Positions 50,591 to 64,000 of a stretch of 64,000 nucleotides of DNA are shown here, one piece after another; position 1 is the first letter of the stretch; each line of letters begins with the position of its first letter. The notes under the pieces were generated by a model. That model was given only the letters and a program-made list of their open reading frames with translations, was not told the origin of the DNA and ran no database searches. Both the position numbers and the translations under genes were made by a program. Origin of the DNA: Ginglymostoma cirratum (Eukaryota); assembly GCA_024137785.1 (NCBI GenBank), contig JAHRHZ010000218.1:12538360-12602359 (forward strand), given 5' to 3'.

Positions 50591-53500
50591 TCCATATTTG
50601 AATCTCTCCAATTGGTGTGTGTCCCTCCTACAATATGTAAATGGCTCTTTTTAAGCCCAGTCACAAATTGCACCTCTAACTGTGGATAAAGTCAACCTCC
50701 CTCCCTGTCCTTCTCTCCTTATTTAGCCTCTGGCACTGTTGACCATGCCATTTTCTTGTCCTCCCCTGCAGTTGTGTGGGATTGCTCCAAATTTTATTCT
50801 TTCCTATTTAATAATTGGTAACGTAGCAAATGTACTATGACTTCAAGCAAATGACTTCACTTCGTACTCCTAGAACACTACCTCTAGTATCTACCAAGGA
50901 ACAATTTATAGACCTTTTCTATTTCTCACCGACATGTTGCATGTAGATGAGAATGGGTAGGAGGCCATGAATTGCTCCTTTGACATTATCTATCTGACAG
51001 CATTGGCACATGACAGCTCAAACTGTACATTACCAGCTCTCGCAACTCCTCTATTGTTGCTAACTTATCAAATTCCTTTTCCAACCCATGGAACTAGATG
51101 AGCAGAAACTTATTACGATTATATGTTCACAATACTGAAGCCGTTGTTTTATGTCCCCTTTCCAAACTCCAGCCCTTAATTATTGATCTATCTTGGTTCG
51201 TTTGCAATCTCAGCATCGCATTTGATCCTGAGATGAGTTTGTGACCTCCTATCCATGCCATCTTTAAGACTGCCAATGGCCACCTTTGCAAAGTTGCTTG
51301 ATTGTGCCCACCTCTGCCTGTTTGCAGAAAATCTCACTAATGCCTTCATTAGCTTCAAATTTAATTGTTTCTGTGCACACCTGACTGGTCTTCCATATTC
51401 TGCCTTTGTAAACGTAGGATCATCAAAACTCTGCCCGTGTCTTAACTGTTGCCTACATTGGCTTCAGGGCAAATTGTCTTGATTTTAAAATTCTCATAAT
51501 TGTTTCAGATCCATCCATGGTCTTACCCCTTCCCACCTCAGGAATCTCCTGTAATCCTCGACCTTCATGACCTGTTGGTGCCCTTCTAATTTTGCCCTGT
51601 TGAGCATTCCTACTTGTATTTGTTCTACCATTGTTGGGGAAGGGGAGATTTCAGTTGCCTAGGCTCTAAGCTTTGGCATTCCTGCCCTAAACCTTTTTGA
51701 ATGTATCTTGGTTGCCTCCTTTTAAAACATTTTAGCAAAAGCTTTTTGACTAAGCTTTTGTTCATCTGACCCAATGTTTCCTTGTGTGGCCTGAGTCATA
51801 ACTTATTATATATTTCTGCTGTGAAACACCTTGAAACAATTCAATATGTTAAAGGTGATCTAAGTTGCTATGAATCATGATCGAGCACCCTGTGCTGCCT
51901 TGACTCTTGTATGGAGAATGGTTGTCTGACAAGCTACCAGACATATATTTGAAACTGGTAGAACTGTGCCCACAAGCTAATTCCTGCTCTTAGGAGAGGT
52001 GCAAAAAGATGGTAGTGGGAGTGACAGTGTTCCAAATGAAACTTTTACCCTTGAAGTTGAAATATTCATGGAGGCTAATGAGGGCTTGACTTGTTTTGCC
52101 ATGGGATGAAATTTGATTGGACTGGAGATTAAATTTCTTCTCCACCTTTATTTTAAAAGTTTATTTTTCTTCCCCCCTCTTTAGGTCTCCCTGTACCACC
52201 CCCCCTGCCAAGAGGGCGGGCAGGTGACCTGCTCCCAGGCCTCTGCCAAAGCTGCTCTAACCAGTTGCTAGGAGGTGTGCAAGAGCATCTCAGGGTGAGT
52301 TGCCCTAAGATTTTATTTACTTCCCTTGCTGCTGGGAATTGGCTAACCTTTTGATATTCCTTCACTCTGTCTGTCTTTCTGTCTCCCCTTCCCTCCCACA
52401 GACATACCCCCTCCCAAATTTGAGATTAACAAAACTAATATAATCTTATTTTTAATAAATGTCCAAAAATTACAAAATAAAATATTAAATTGATCCATGT
52501 GAGGTATGGGGTCAAATAAGGTTTTAAGGAGTGCTGTAAAGCTGAAAATTGAGATAGAAAGACTTAGATATTTAGGGAAGGAGTTTTGGAGTGTATGATC
52601 TAAGTAGTTTAAGGCACTGGCACTAGTGGTGTAGCAATTAAAATGAGGTGTTTTGAAATTGGAACAATGCAGAGATCTTGCCACTGTTAGGAATGTGCAG
52701 TTGTGAGATCTTGGTAAGATTTTAAGAGGATGAGATTTTTAAACCAGAAACAAAGGAGGTCAATAGCATAGTGGTGATGAATGAATGGGTCTTCGCATAT
52801 CATAACAATGCTTTGGTTGACTTCAAGTTTATGATGGTGGTGGACTAAAATATGGGAGATAGTCCTACAGTGCAATTGAATAATTAGGTCTAGAGGTCAT
52901 AAAGGGTTTCTGCAGCATAAAACTGATACACAAATGGCTGTTACAGAGGTGGAAATAGGCAGTATTAGTGTGATCGTGACTCACTTGGGTGATTCAACAT
53001 GACACTAACCTTGCAAAACTAAGAACTCAACCCGTAGATGTTTGTGGCATGGGCATATGGTATGTCAATTGTGTATTTCAACATCGATTCAAATGCGATT
53101 TTAGAAAGCACCTGAGTAGAGTTGTTTCCAATATCATCTTAGAGGTACCTGTGCTACAAAATTTTGTATTTGGATTGAATGTACTTGGAGAAAAAAAACT
53201 TCAATTGTGAAGTGTGATTCATTGTTCATTCGCCCTGGCACTGCATCTAAAAGTCATTGACTAGAGAATAAAAGTTGCGTTGAATGTTTTTGTTGCCCAA
53301 CAATTGCACGTGCATCTTCAAGCAATGTGGAAGAATCCGACACCTGTTTTTAAAGTCCAGTCACACCAAAGCTGATTATGCCTTATTTGTTCTAACTGGG
53401 GTCAGTGAAAAGAAATCAAAGGTAGGATCTTTCTGGTCTGCACAACTGTAATATTTTCAGACGCTCCTACTTGTGACTTCCCTCCCTTTGATTCTCGCCA

Positions 53501-54899
53501 TGAAGGATTCAGCATGCAGGTGGCACATGGAGAAAGGAGAGGTGATATGTGTAGGAGAATGGGGGAGGGAAAGAAATTACATGTGGTAGGGTCTACGAGC
53601 TTGAGGTAAGTTACTGAGAGCTGGCGAGTGAATTTTAGGGCAGGTTAAGTTCAAGGTGGCCGAAAGTTTTTAATGTAAAAGTTACAGGTTAAAAACATAA
53701 CTTGCCCACTTTCTTGTTTTCTTACAAGAGTGATTTTTTTCATTCGGTGTCTTTTTTTAAAGAAACATTTCCAGTGCTAAACAAGGGATTGCAGTTTAAA
53801 ATGGAGGGATTAGATTTAATGTGTATCAAAGCCTGGTTAGATCACACTTGGCATACTGTTTAGTTACTAATGTTTTTCCCTACTATCATTCGTGTTTTGC
53901 ACACCAAGAGGACGACTTGAAGAAACAAATTGTGATGAATCTACAAGTATTTTTAAAAATTCAACTTGTGGCCCAATTTAAAAATTTACAGTATTTCAAT
54001 TGGCCATTGCTTTCTTTTCCTGGTTAATGCCACTCTAGAGAGCTAATGTCCTATAAATAGCAATGATTCAACAGAGTGAGTAAATAAAGTGCAGTGTAAA
54101 AGCACATGAGTGCAATTTGTAAGTTAAATTATCCATGCATCAAAACTACGAGAATACTTGTTCTGTACCAAACTCACTGGAATGATGGTGACTACAGTGT
54201 AGAACATGGTATAAATTGATCAATAATGGGGGTTTGTACAAAAGATACTGCAATAATTGTGGGCGATTATAGTCATCTTGTACATCTGCCGAATCAAATT
54301 TGACCAAGTTAGCCTGAAGGATCAGTTTAGTGTATTTGGGACTGTTTCTCAGAGCGACGTTCTGTGATGAACCAGGGAACAAGCTATTTCAGATTTGGTA
54401 ATGAGACAGGATTAATAAATTACTTTATTGTAAAGGATCCTCTAGTTAAAAGCGAATGTAAAATGATAGAATTTTTCTACAGTTTTGAGTTGGAAATTTT
54501 GACCTCATTCTAGTCTCTGAAGCTTGAATAAAAGCAATTACGATGGTATTATGAAAGTTGGCTAAAGTAGAATGAAAACTTGGTTAAACTTAGCTAAGAC
54601 AATAAAGGGGTAGTGGCAGGCATTTGTTGAAGTATTTTTGAAGTGGAACATTGTCTTCGAAAGAAATAGGACAATGAAAAAGAAAAGCACCATCTGTGAC
54701 TAGCTAAGGATGCTGTCAAATTGAAAGAAAAGATGTACAATGCTACAGAAATGAATTGTCGGCCAGAAAATGAGGAATACTGTTCATTGAGATTTGGCTG
54801 TCTTTTTGCATGAATCACAGAAAAGTAGCCTGAAGGTACAAACAAATGGCTGCACAATAACAAATTGGTACCTAATTATTGAATGAATGGTACCTGATA

Positions 54900-56050
54900 T
54901 TTAGGAAGGACAGATGACTAGGGAAGGGGGTCATTAATGATGGTATTAGCACAAAGAAGGATGGCGTAGGTTCAGACTACAAGGACATAGAAATAGTTTG
55001 GCTAAAGAGGAGAAATGATGAGTGGAAAAAAGTCGCTTGTGTAATTGCTGTTCAGTCCTTCTAACTGTCGCCATGTAGGCAGGAATATAAAAGAAGAAAT
55101 AATGGGAACTTTCCACAAAGATACATCGGTGATCATTTAGAATTTTAGTCTGCTTCTTGACTAAAAATCAGCTGGGTCTAAAGGTAGCCTAGCTGAGTTC
55201 ATTGAATGTTTTTGCGAACCAACTAGAGAGCAGTCTATACTGGACCTGGTTTTGTGCAACTAAATAGGATTAACTAATTATCTCATCATGAGGTAGTCCT
55301 GAGTTGGCAATAACCAGTGTATGATTGAGTTTTACATTCTGTTTGAGGGACAGAAGAGTTTCTATAGACCCAAGGGTTAATGTATAACAAGGTTAGAAGA
55401 TTGGCCACCTGACAAAGCTGCAAGTGTATGATTGCCATTTTGTTGACTTTTATTTAAGGAGGTGGCATATAAAAATTGAGGTATCTTGGTACACTACAGG
55501 GTTTTGAAAGGACTATATCTGGAATCCTAGGAGTTCTGAAGAGAAGTCATGTCTGACTCAGAGCATTAACTTTTATTTCTCCACATACGCCATCAGATCT
55601 GCAGAGTTTCTTCAGCAATTTGTTTTTATTTCAAATTTCTAGTATCTGCAGTGTTTTGCTGTCAATCAGTGAGACCGCTTATGGAATACTGTGTACAATT
55701 TTGGTCTCCTTGTGTAATGAGAGCTCTACTTGTATTGGAAGCAGTTCAGGGAAGGTTCGTTAAGCTGACTGCTGGGCGATGAATATTGAGAGAATGTTTC
55801 CTGTCATAGAGGAATCTAGAACAAGGGAGGACAGTTAAGTTTAAAGATGAAGATATGCATCATTTAAAACTGAGATGAGCATGAGTTTCATCTGAGGGTT
55901 GTCAGCTTTTTAAATTCTCTTCCGCAGAGAGCATTGAAGGCTGTGTCACTGAACAATCCGCCATGCAAGAAGGCGGAGTTAAGGCCACAATCTGATGAGT
56001 GATGATATCGAATGGTAGAACAGGCTCAATGGCCTAATGGGTCTGTTCTT
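54900..56050 (+). mobile_element. Decayed CR1 fragments with a Penelope-derived arm (~55530-55660)
   Basis: PTREQSILDLVLCN (~55220-55260), EYCVQFWSP (~55684), and 'ttctgaaga...tctgcagtgttttgct' related to the fold-back families. Confidence 0.55.
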
Positions 56051-58591
56051 ATTTTGTGCAAATATTCTATTTTAGAATGGTTTTTATGCAGAAAAGAAAA
56101 ATTGGTCATATGCATTGAGTTTGGAGATCAGACACATGGTTTCACCATAACATAAAGTTTGTGGTAATGTTTGTAATTTTGTGTGTGTGTGTTAGCATTC
56201 TGCTAAGTATTTATGTTTAACTTTCTTTTTAAATTTGTGGGATGTGGGTGATGCTAGCAATACCATTGGTATTGCCTGTCCTTGTCTAGCTTGAAACTGT
56301 AGTGTTTGGCTATTATCTCATACTGTTTCAGCCCTTAGGGTATATTTTTGTTATTCTCAGTCTGGCATGCTTTGTGAATCTTTCTGCAGCCTTTCTGCTA
56401 CTGTTTGCTACTTGTGAGATTTCTTACAGTTCCCTGAGGAATGGGTAGGAATAAATTCGGAACAGATTCCATCTTTGTGATTTCCAGCTGACATGGGTAA
56501 AGGATTCTTGTGCAGTGGTGTTGTCCCTACCTCTGGGCCAAGAGGCCGAGGTTTAAGTCCCACTTGCTTGGAGCAGGTTGATTTAGAAAATATCTCCCTG
56601 ATATCTGTAAATGATGAGCAGTAACCTGGAAGCATTTCTTTCAACTTTGTCCCAATGAAAGCTGACTTTCTCTGTGGATCCCATGGCTTGGATGGGCTTG
56701 CCCATAAACGTTTACTTTGCAGCACAGATATAGACTTACAGCCTCCCATTGAAAGTTATTTGAATGTCAAACTTTTTTTAAGTTAACTTAAAACAATGCA
56801 GTGCTCTTTCACGTATTGTAAAATGGAGTTAGTTTTCATCAGTCAGACTAACAGATTTGTGTGGTGTAAAGCCATAATTATTTATGCTGTTTTAAGAAAA
56901 TGATAAAATGGGAATCTTAAGAAAATTTAAAATCAAGCTCCTGTGAAAATCACCTAGGGCTAGTGTTTGAAAAGGTAAGAACAGAGTGTGCTTCCTTGAC
57001 TTGTGTTCTAGTCTCTTGGAACTGTGCCTAGTCCCAAAGGCCGCAGCTGAACCTTTCCTTTCCTGAAAAAGCTGCTGTGGGATGTGGACAGACTTGAGTT
57101 TTTGTTTAGTCATCCTAGATAATAAGAGACCTGAGGCCCAGGTATTTTTGGGATGATATACTTTTGAAAAAGAAATTCACTTTACTGCCAATGGAATCTA
57201 AACTTATAGATGACACTGGATTTTAAAAGGGGTGAATTTAAAACTACGATACACTTGTCCTTTAATTTGAATTTCAGTTCATCTGTTTTAAACCTATACC
57301 AGGTCAAATTAACTGTTCTTGAATGTCCTGAATCATTTGATCATCTTGTGATATCCTGCAGAGCTTACGAATGTTTCGAGCTCCTCTAATTTGACAGCGT
57401 GTTTTTGTTTGCTGATTTGCGTGTTGTGACCGTGTTCAGTCTGTAATTACTACTTGGAGAAATTGGTGTTATTTAGTTGATTTAGAAGTCGCCGCTCCAA
57501 TGCAAAAGGGCACTTGCAGTTTCTGATTGTTACTGGTGAAATTGAGGCTGTACATTTTATACTGAGCTTCAGTGTACCAAATTCAAGTTGGTTGTAAGTG
57601 GTGGAAGCAGCAGTTATTTTTCTAGCCACTTAAGTCATTTAGATTCCCATATCATTACTGAGGCCCCTTTTGCTGCTTTTTTAAAAAAAAAAATCAAGCT
57701 TTCCAGGAGACCCTGCTGTTGCTCTTAAATAGAAAATGAAATTTGCCCCGTTAATACACAAGCACATAATAAGGTATGTCTTATTAATGTTATCATTTGC
57801 TTTTAACTTGCTTTGTCGCAATGTCTTCATGTGTTCTAATTTCAGTTTCAACAAGATACTGTGCAAGGTTAAATATTAAATATTCTAAAATATGAATAAT
57901 GTTTATATGATCTGTAATTGCAAGTACGTTTTCTGTATTAAGTAATCCACCAACTTGGTTGAAGCCTTCAAAAATATAAAAATCCAAATGCATATTGAAA
58001 AGTACTGTGAACAGATGTAAAAAGTTTGTGTTGCTTTCACCTAAAAATCCTTTACATTAATTTGACGAATTATGCAATTTAATAAAAATAGACATTCAAA
58101 CCTTCCTGTGTGGTAAAGTTTTGCTGGAAATTGTCGTCTCTTGGAAGACTGCAAATATTTTAGCTGAGAATAATGCTTTGTAAGCCAGGCCAGTAAAATA
58201 CAAATGGGGCAAGTCAATTAATACATTTTAATGCAAATAAAACTGAATTGTGTAACCACTTTAATGGATCTTGCGAGCAGTAAATGAAACAAGACTAGCA
58301 CAATGTCATAATCACATGCCCAATTTCTGGCTTCATGTACATGCAGCACCTGATGACTTGGATCTTGGGTAATGGGTAATGGCAGTGAGTTTCACTGTTT
58401 ATGACATGGTGTTTGTGGATAAATTATAATTGTCTTTTTTTTTTCCCCCTGTTTTAACGAAATTGCAAATTCTGTATACAGTGCCTTCATAGAATCCTTA
58501 CGGTGTGGAAATAGGCCCTTTGGCCCAACAAGTCCACACCGAACCTCAGAGCTTCCCACCCAGACCCATCCCCTTAAAACCCACCTAATCT

Positions 58592-58963
58592 GCCCAGCTC
58601 ATCTCCACCTCTAACCTGTTTTTCCTCTCACCTATCCCCTCCTCCCACCTCAAGCCCCACCCCCATCTCATAACATCATCCCGCCCCCTTGACCTGTCCA
58701 TCCTCCCTGGACTGACCTATCTCCTCCCTAACCCCCTACCTACACTCACCTTTACTGGTTCCATTCCCGCCTCTTTGACTTGTCTGCCTCCTCTCCCCCT
58801 CTCTATTTCAGAACCCTCTTCCCCTCCCCCATTTCTGATGAAGGGTCTAGGCCCGAAACGTCAAGTTTTCTTGCTCCTGTGATGCTGCTTGGCCTGCTGT
58901 GTTCATCCAGCCCCACGCGTGTTATCTCGGATTCTCCAGCATCTGCAGTACCCTTTTATCTCT
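58592..58963 (+). mobile_element. Penelope-like 3' terminal fragment (family of 40219-41190)
   Basis: Colinear with ~40782-41189. CTAATCT duplicated at 58585-58591 and 58962-58968. Confidence 0.9.
58831..58866 (+). ncRNA. Minimal type-I hammerhead ribozyme motif, all core positions intact
   Basis: ATTT-CTGATGA-A-GGGT/CTAG/GCCC-GAAAC-GTC-AAGT. Stem I AUUU:AAGU, ACGU palindrome, GUC cleavage triplet. Confidence 0.7.
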
Positions 58964-61224
58964 AATCTACACATCCCTATGGGCAATTTAGCATGGCCAA
59001 TTCACCTAGCCTGCACATCTTTGGACTGTGGGAGGAAACCCAAGCAGACACGGGGAGAATGTGCAAACTCCACACAGACAGTCGCCCGAGGCTGGAATCG
59101 AACCTGGGTGCCTGGTGGTGTGAGCCAGCAGTGCTAACCACTGAGCCATAGTGCCGCCCTTGCTGTGCTATTCCTCAAAGTTGAGGAAAGTATACACTTT
59201 AATTCCCTTCCTTTGAAAATGTAGTGACCCAGACAAGTTGTAGCTGTTTTTAAACAGGAAATTTGGGATCCTGGGCTTTATAGGCATTTAGTATAAAAGC
59301 AAGGAAGCTATGCTAAATCTTTAGAAAACATTTCACGGGCACCAGCTGAAGCAATGTGTACAAATCTGGGTACCATACTTGAGGAATGAGAGTGGAGAAA
59401 ATGCTGTATGGAAAGAACAGACTGAGTTGCTGTTTGAAAGAGCTGACGAAGAAAGAGTGAATATCTGAGATTTTTTGTTAACTGGACTGCTATCTGCTAA
59501 AGACTGGTAATTGGAGTTGCGTCACACATTAGTCATTGTCATTGACTAAATGAGTCATACTCCTATTCTATTCTGTTCTGTTCTTTGAAACCTTAGCATA
59601 TGGTACGTTGTATTGCTTTGAAGGTAGTTCAGATCACCTGTGTGATATGATTAAAAGGTGGGCCTCATTTATTAAGTACAATTGCCCGGCTCTTTGGATA
59701 GGAAGAAGGTCATTGCGGCAGTATAGACTGGAAGTTGCACATCTGGGCCATGCAGAAATGCTAATGCGTCTGTCTGTTTGGGAATTGTTAGTTGCAACAC
59801 CAGTAGGCCATTACTTGGAGTCTAGAATCCTTCAAAAAAAAAAAGTCCCAAACTCAGTTCGTGTTGGGGGATAATGACTGAGTTAAGTTTATAGTTAGCC
59901 AGGAAATGTTAGAGGCTTAAAACCTGCTCTGTAACTCTGGAGCAGCTATTAACTGATATACTATCATTTGAGGTGTGGGGCATTATTTGGGTTCCCTTAA
60001 CCTGCATGGCTCCCTTTCATCATGCAAAGCTTGCATATGTATCTCCGCTTAGTAGCTATCGAAGTGGCTACATAGCATACACTAATAAACTACTGGAAAG
60101 GGGACATAGGATCGGTATGAAACTTTGTGTCTGTCATCATGGGTTCCTGGAGTCAACTGTTCTACTTCAGCTGGAAAGGTTCCTGGCCCAAATATTTGCT
60201 CAGAAAACTGCACCAAAAGTAAGTGGATTTTTTTAAAATCTAATGTGGATCAGAAATAGAGCTTCCTATCATGCTTGGAGAATTGGGCCTATGTATTTTT
60301 TTAGGTGTAGTAAATATTAGGCAGTCATTCAGGAACTGTGTTGGTTAATTCCAATGGTGAGATCTTGAAGCGTGTTCTACTGAAAATTGTTACCTGTGAA
60401 CATTGTGTGCCCTGGTTCAGGGTATCTTCAATTGGAGCATGTTGAGATTTGTTCTTTTACTTAGTTATTTTTCCCTTGCAATACAGTATCACATTGCAGT
60501 TAAATTCTGCTTTACTAGCAGCCAAATCAGTTACGGATTACACAACTTTAATTGTTTGCAAAGATAGGATTTGTGATCTTTGTTCTGGGCTGCAGAACCT
60601 CCTAGATGACTGGGGCTGTCTGTAGAGGCTAGCGGAGAAGGTACCTTATTTACACTGGAGTGCTTTGCTACCCAGAGAAAGAAAATGTAGATGTGGCTGT
60701 TTGCCAAAAAAAAAACAAAAACCAAGAACATAGTTTTTGAAGAGGCTTATTATTACTTGTCAGGATTGTCGTGCAGTTATTGCTTTTATATGGCAGTGCC
60801 GACAGCTCCATTATGACCACATTGTCACTTCCAAGACAGCAAGTGATTCTATTTTATAAGGCTTTATTGAATTGTATTATTTGGAATTAATGTCGCATTA
60901 ATGTCTTCTGGGGAAAGATCTGTTACCAGGTCAGTCTCAAGCTAACATGATTGACTCGTAACTACCCTCTAAAGTGACCTTGTAAACCACTTGATTAATC
61001 AAACTGTTACAAAGAATGCATAAGATTGTAGTGGTTCAGTGATTTTGTTCAGGGTAACTAGTAGTGAGTAGTAAACAAAAATCTTTTCATAGGTGCATGC
61101 TTACTACAAATTAATTTGAAGAAAATTTCTGTTCCTGCTTAAGAAATTAAGACTGTATGATAGGTGGAGTACAGATCAATGTGGGAAGGTGTGACGTTGT
61201 CCACGTTGCCAGGAAGTGTAAAAT

Positions 61225-61395
61225 CTGAGATAACAAGGTGTAGAGCTGGATGAACACAGCAGGCTGTGAAGAAGGGTCTAGACCCAAAACGTCAGCTTTC
61301 CTGCTCCTCCGATGCTGATTGGCCTGCTGTGTTCATCCTGCTCTACACCTTGTTATCTCAGATTATCCAGCATCTGCAGTTCCTACCATCTCAGT
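61225..61395. mobile_element. Short fold-back Penelope-derived element inside a CR1 remnant (~61150-62030)
   Basis: 'tgagataacaaggtgtagagctggatgaacacagcaggc' versus 'gcctgctgtgttcatcctgctctacaccttgttatctca'. Decayed core 'gtgaaga..cccaaaacgtc'. Confidence 0.75.
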
Positions 61396-63616
61396 TATTT
61401 TATTGGAGAGAATGCACAGGAGGATCTGGATGTCTTGTAGATGAGCCACAAAAAGTTAGCATGCAGTACAACAAACAGTTAGGACGACCAGTAGAATGTT
61501 AACCTTTATTGCAAGGGGGCGAAGCCTAAAAGTTGGAGAAACCTGCTACAGTTGCTGTTGGGTTGCCAAGTCTTACCAAATCATAGAGTTGTCATTCATC
61601 CCTTTAATGAGAGCACGATTTCACCTGAGGGCGATCATACCTAGGGCAAGGGAAGAGGTTGAGAAGGAGACTCCTTCATGGTAACATCAGCTGGCGATGG
61701 AGAAATTGAACCCATGCTGTTGGCATCATGCTGCTTTGCAAGCCAACTATCCAGCCAATTTAGCCATGCAGAGCATTGGTGAGACTTCTTCCAAATTACT
61801 GCAACGCAGTATTGTCATCTTGAGGATATACATTAAAAGCAGTTCACAGAAGGTTGGGTAGGCTGTTCCTGAGATGATGCTCCTAAATGGAAAGGCATTT
61901 GGGCCTGTACTCCTACAATTCAGAAGAATGGAAGTGAAATTATTGCAACATGTCGTTTTACAAGGGGACTTTAGAAGGTGGACGCTGAGGTATTTTTCTT
62001 ATTAGAGAAAATATAGAATGGGCACAAATTGAAATAAAGGGGTCTACATCTTTATGATCTGTGACGCTGTCTGATAACTTATAGCCTGGTATGAAACAGA
62101 TAGCTGTTTCACTATTTAATTTGCTTAATTCCAAAATCTACCTACTGCTGCCCTCTATGGACAAAAGATTTGTTGATTATTTTTTTTTGCCAAATAGTGA
62201 GGTTGTCACTTAAGATTATTTTGGGTAATTATTCTTATTATGGTCTAATTTTTTCGTTAATTTTTCTGTTTTGCTTACCACTGCTAAATGGGTGTGTGTT
62301 GGCAAATTGCTCATTTTCTACAAAGGCTGCAGTTAAAAATATGTTTGTAAATAAACTTAGTAAGATGTTGGTTCTGTAAGATATTGACTTCCACTGGCAT
62401 AACAAAGTGGTGGTAGCATTTTGGCAAATTTAATTGTTCAACTAACAATGGTTTCCCTGCTGTGTGTTTATGCCTCAATATCATACTACCAGGCTGCCAT
62501 TATGCAAGCTCACCTCTACCTGTCGTCTTGTAACTCAATCTAATACAACGTCGCCCCCCCCCCCCCTCCCCCCACACCATGTAACATTGCATTATCTTCA
62601 ACTGAGATGAATTTTCACTGTACAGGATGTAATAATTTGAATGTGGCATTGAGTAGTAAAATAGTTTATCTTGTATACTGTGGTAAGATTACTTTGAGTT
62701 TTTATTGGAACTGAGGATGATTTTTAGTGTAGGAAGTTAGATTTCTGCATTTTGAATTGTGAAACAACTGAGCCCAATGTTATTTAACTTGCAACTTTGA
62801 AACCAACATTGAACACAATAGTAGTAAATATAATGGATGAAATAGACAAAAATGCCAATCATTATGTTTGATATGTAATTGTATGAAGGTAGTCAAATTG
62901 TTTTGAAAGATCCAATAAAGGTCTTATGATTTTCTTGATGCTTTTTAAGTGAAAAACCAAACTGAAGGTTGTCATAAAGATTGAAAGGGAAAGAGGTGAC
63001 TTTTTATTGCAGAAGGTGAAGAATCATAAAGCTAGTCATTGGAGTCAATTGATTTTTGTTTTGGCTAGGGACTGGTGTGTGGAAGGAGCTGCAAATAGTT
63101 AATGAATTTATCCTCCAAGACACTTTTTGTCTTAGTGGCTGCCTTGGATCCAAACTGACATTGGTAGCAGAGGATTATGGAATTGAGGTAAAGATTGGAA
63201 ACTGTTACTTTCAAAGAAGATTGTAATTGGAGTTATTTTGGAGAAGAATGGCTGAAACATATAAACCAGCTAAGTATCTGGATATGACTGCTCATCAATG
63301 TTTGGTGAAATTGAACGTGAATTGAAACCAGAAGTGAAGTGGGTATATGGACATGGGGTTACCAAGAATAAAATCAAACATGGCCTGGGCACTTGGTTCC
63401 TACTAGAAGCAAGGATGTGTATAAAGTATTCGGAGTTTGAGGCCCAGTAACTGAACACTGGAGGAGTTTGGTAATCCTGTTAAGCTTGTAAGAAAGTTGA
63501 ATATCAGATGCAAATGGGCATGGCCGGGCTTTGAATTTAGAAAGCATTGTGCATATTCTTCAGAATAATATATAATTGGATTTAGACTATATGCAAGATT
63601 GCAGAAATTCTACTTG

Positions 63617-63900
63617 GTGGCATAGTATTAGTGTCACTGATCTAGTAATCCCACCACGGCAGATGGTGAAATGTGAATTTGGTAAAATTTTGACTTAAAA
63701 GACAACCTAATAGTGACCATGTAACAATTATCATAAAAACCTGTCTGGTTTCCTAGTACCTTTTTTGGAGAAGGAAAGCTGCTATCATCACCTGATCTGG
63801 CCCTTATGACTGCAGACCCACTGCTATGTGATTTGATTCTTTACTTCTCTCTGAAATAGCTTAGCAAGTCACTCAGTTATATCAATTTGTTACAAAGTCT
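63617..63900 (+). mobile_element. tRNA-derived SINE, related to 18175-18510
   Basis: 'ggtggcatagtattagtgtcactgatctagtaatccc...cctgatctggcc...tgactgcagaccc'. Confidence 0.55.
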
Positions 63901-64000
63901 ACCCCTTTTGACCCCATTTTAATTTAGCCCCTGCCTCAGCTCATCCTCACCTTTAATAGTTTACATTTCCTTTAACTGGCTTTGCATGTAAATTAATCAA

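Larger units (their letters stand above)
48750..51870 (+). mobile_element. L2-like LINE remnant split by two CR1 insertions
   Basis: Pyrimidine-rich. 'actgttgaccat' (TVDH), 'aatactgaagcc' (KTE motif region), 'tacattggct' (LHWL), 'tttaaaattctc' (FKIL) and an L2-type tail ~51640-51870. Confidence 0.55.
58488..59159 (-). mobile_element. HE1-like V-SINE split by a Penelope fragment
   Basis: 58488-58591 plus 58969-59159 rejoin to the reverse complement of the 4457-4776 type SINE. Confidence 0.88.

Noticed and set aside
62554-62575. Poly-C tract
   Set aside because: Simple low-complexity run with no supporting context.
46045-64000. Further LARP1B coding exons (e.g. the NWPTP or La-motif exons)
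   Set aside because: None recognised by eye. They probably lie beyond the window, though a short divergent exon could have been missed.

Overview
Eukaryotic, repeat-rich genomic DNA, most likely from a cartilaginous fish (inferred from HE1/V-SINE-type SINEs plus CR1, L2, Rex1/Babar, RTE and Penelope fragments). Two + strand host genes are visible. First, the last four coding exons of ABHD18 (8549-8650, 15720-16095, 24169-24331, 29348-29399), which splice in frame to a stop and are followed by an AATAAA cluster. Second, a CpG-island promoter (~43.8-46.0 kb), an ATG-free non-coding exon and the first coding exon (45645-46044) of a LARP1-family gene, called LARP1B from the ABHD18-LARP1B gene order. 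Most other recognisable sequence is decayed or nested transposable elements, and there is one 400-N gap. The most notable non-gene signal is a set of Penelope-like (GIY-YIG) elements and short fold-back derivatives with 7-16 bp target-site duplications. They carry minimal type-I hammerhead ribozyme motifs (CUGANGA-stem II-GAAAC-GUH) whose stems covary between families, and several lie in sense orientation in host introns. Other points: a LARP1-like N-terminal exon absent from human LARP1B as I recall it, a 74-bp templated inverted insertion in an RTE reverse transcriptase, a TA-flanked MITE and a GC-rich intronic minisatellite. All calls were made by eye without database searches. TE boundaries are approximate unless a TSD or TIR is quoted.
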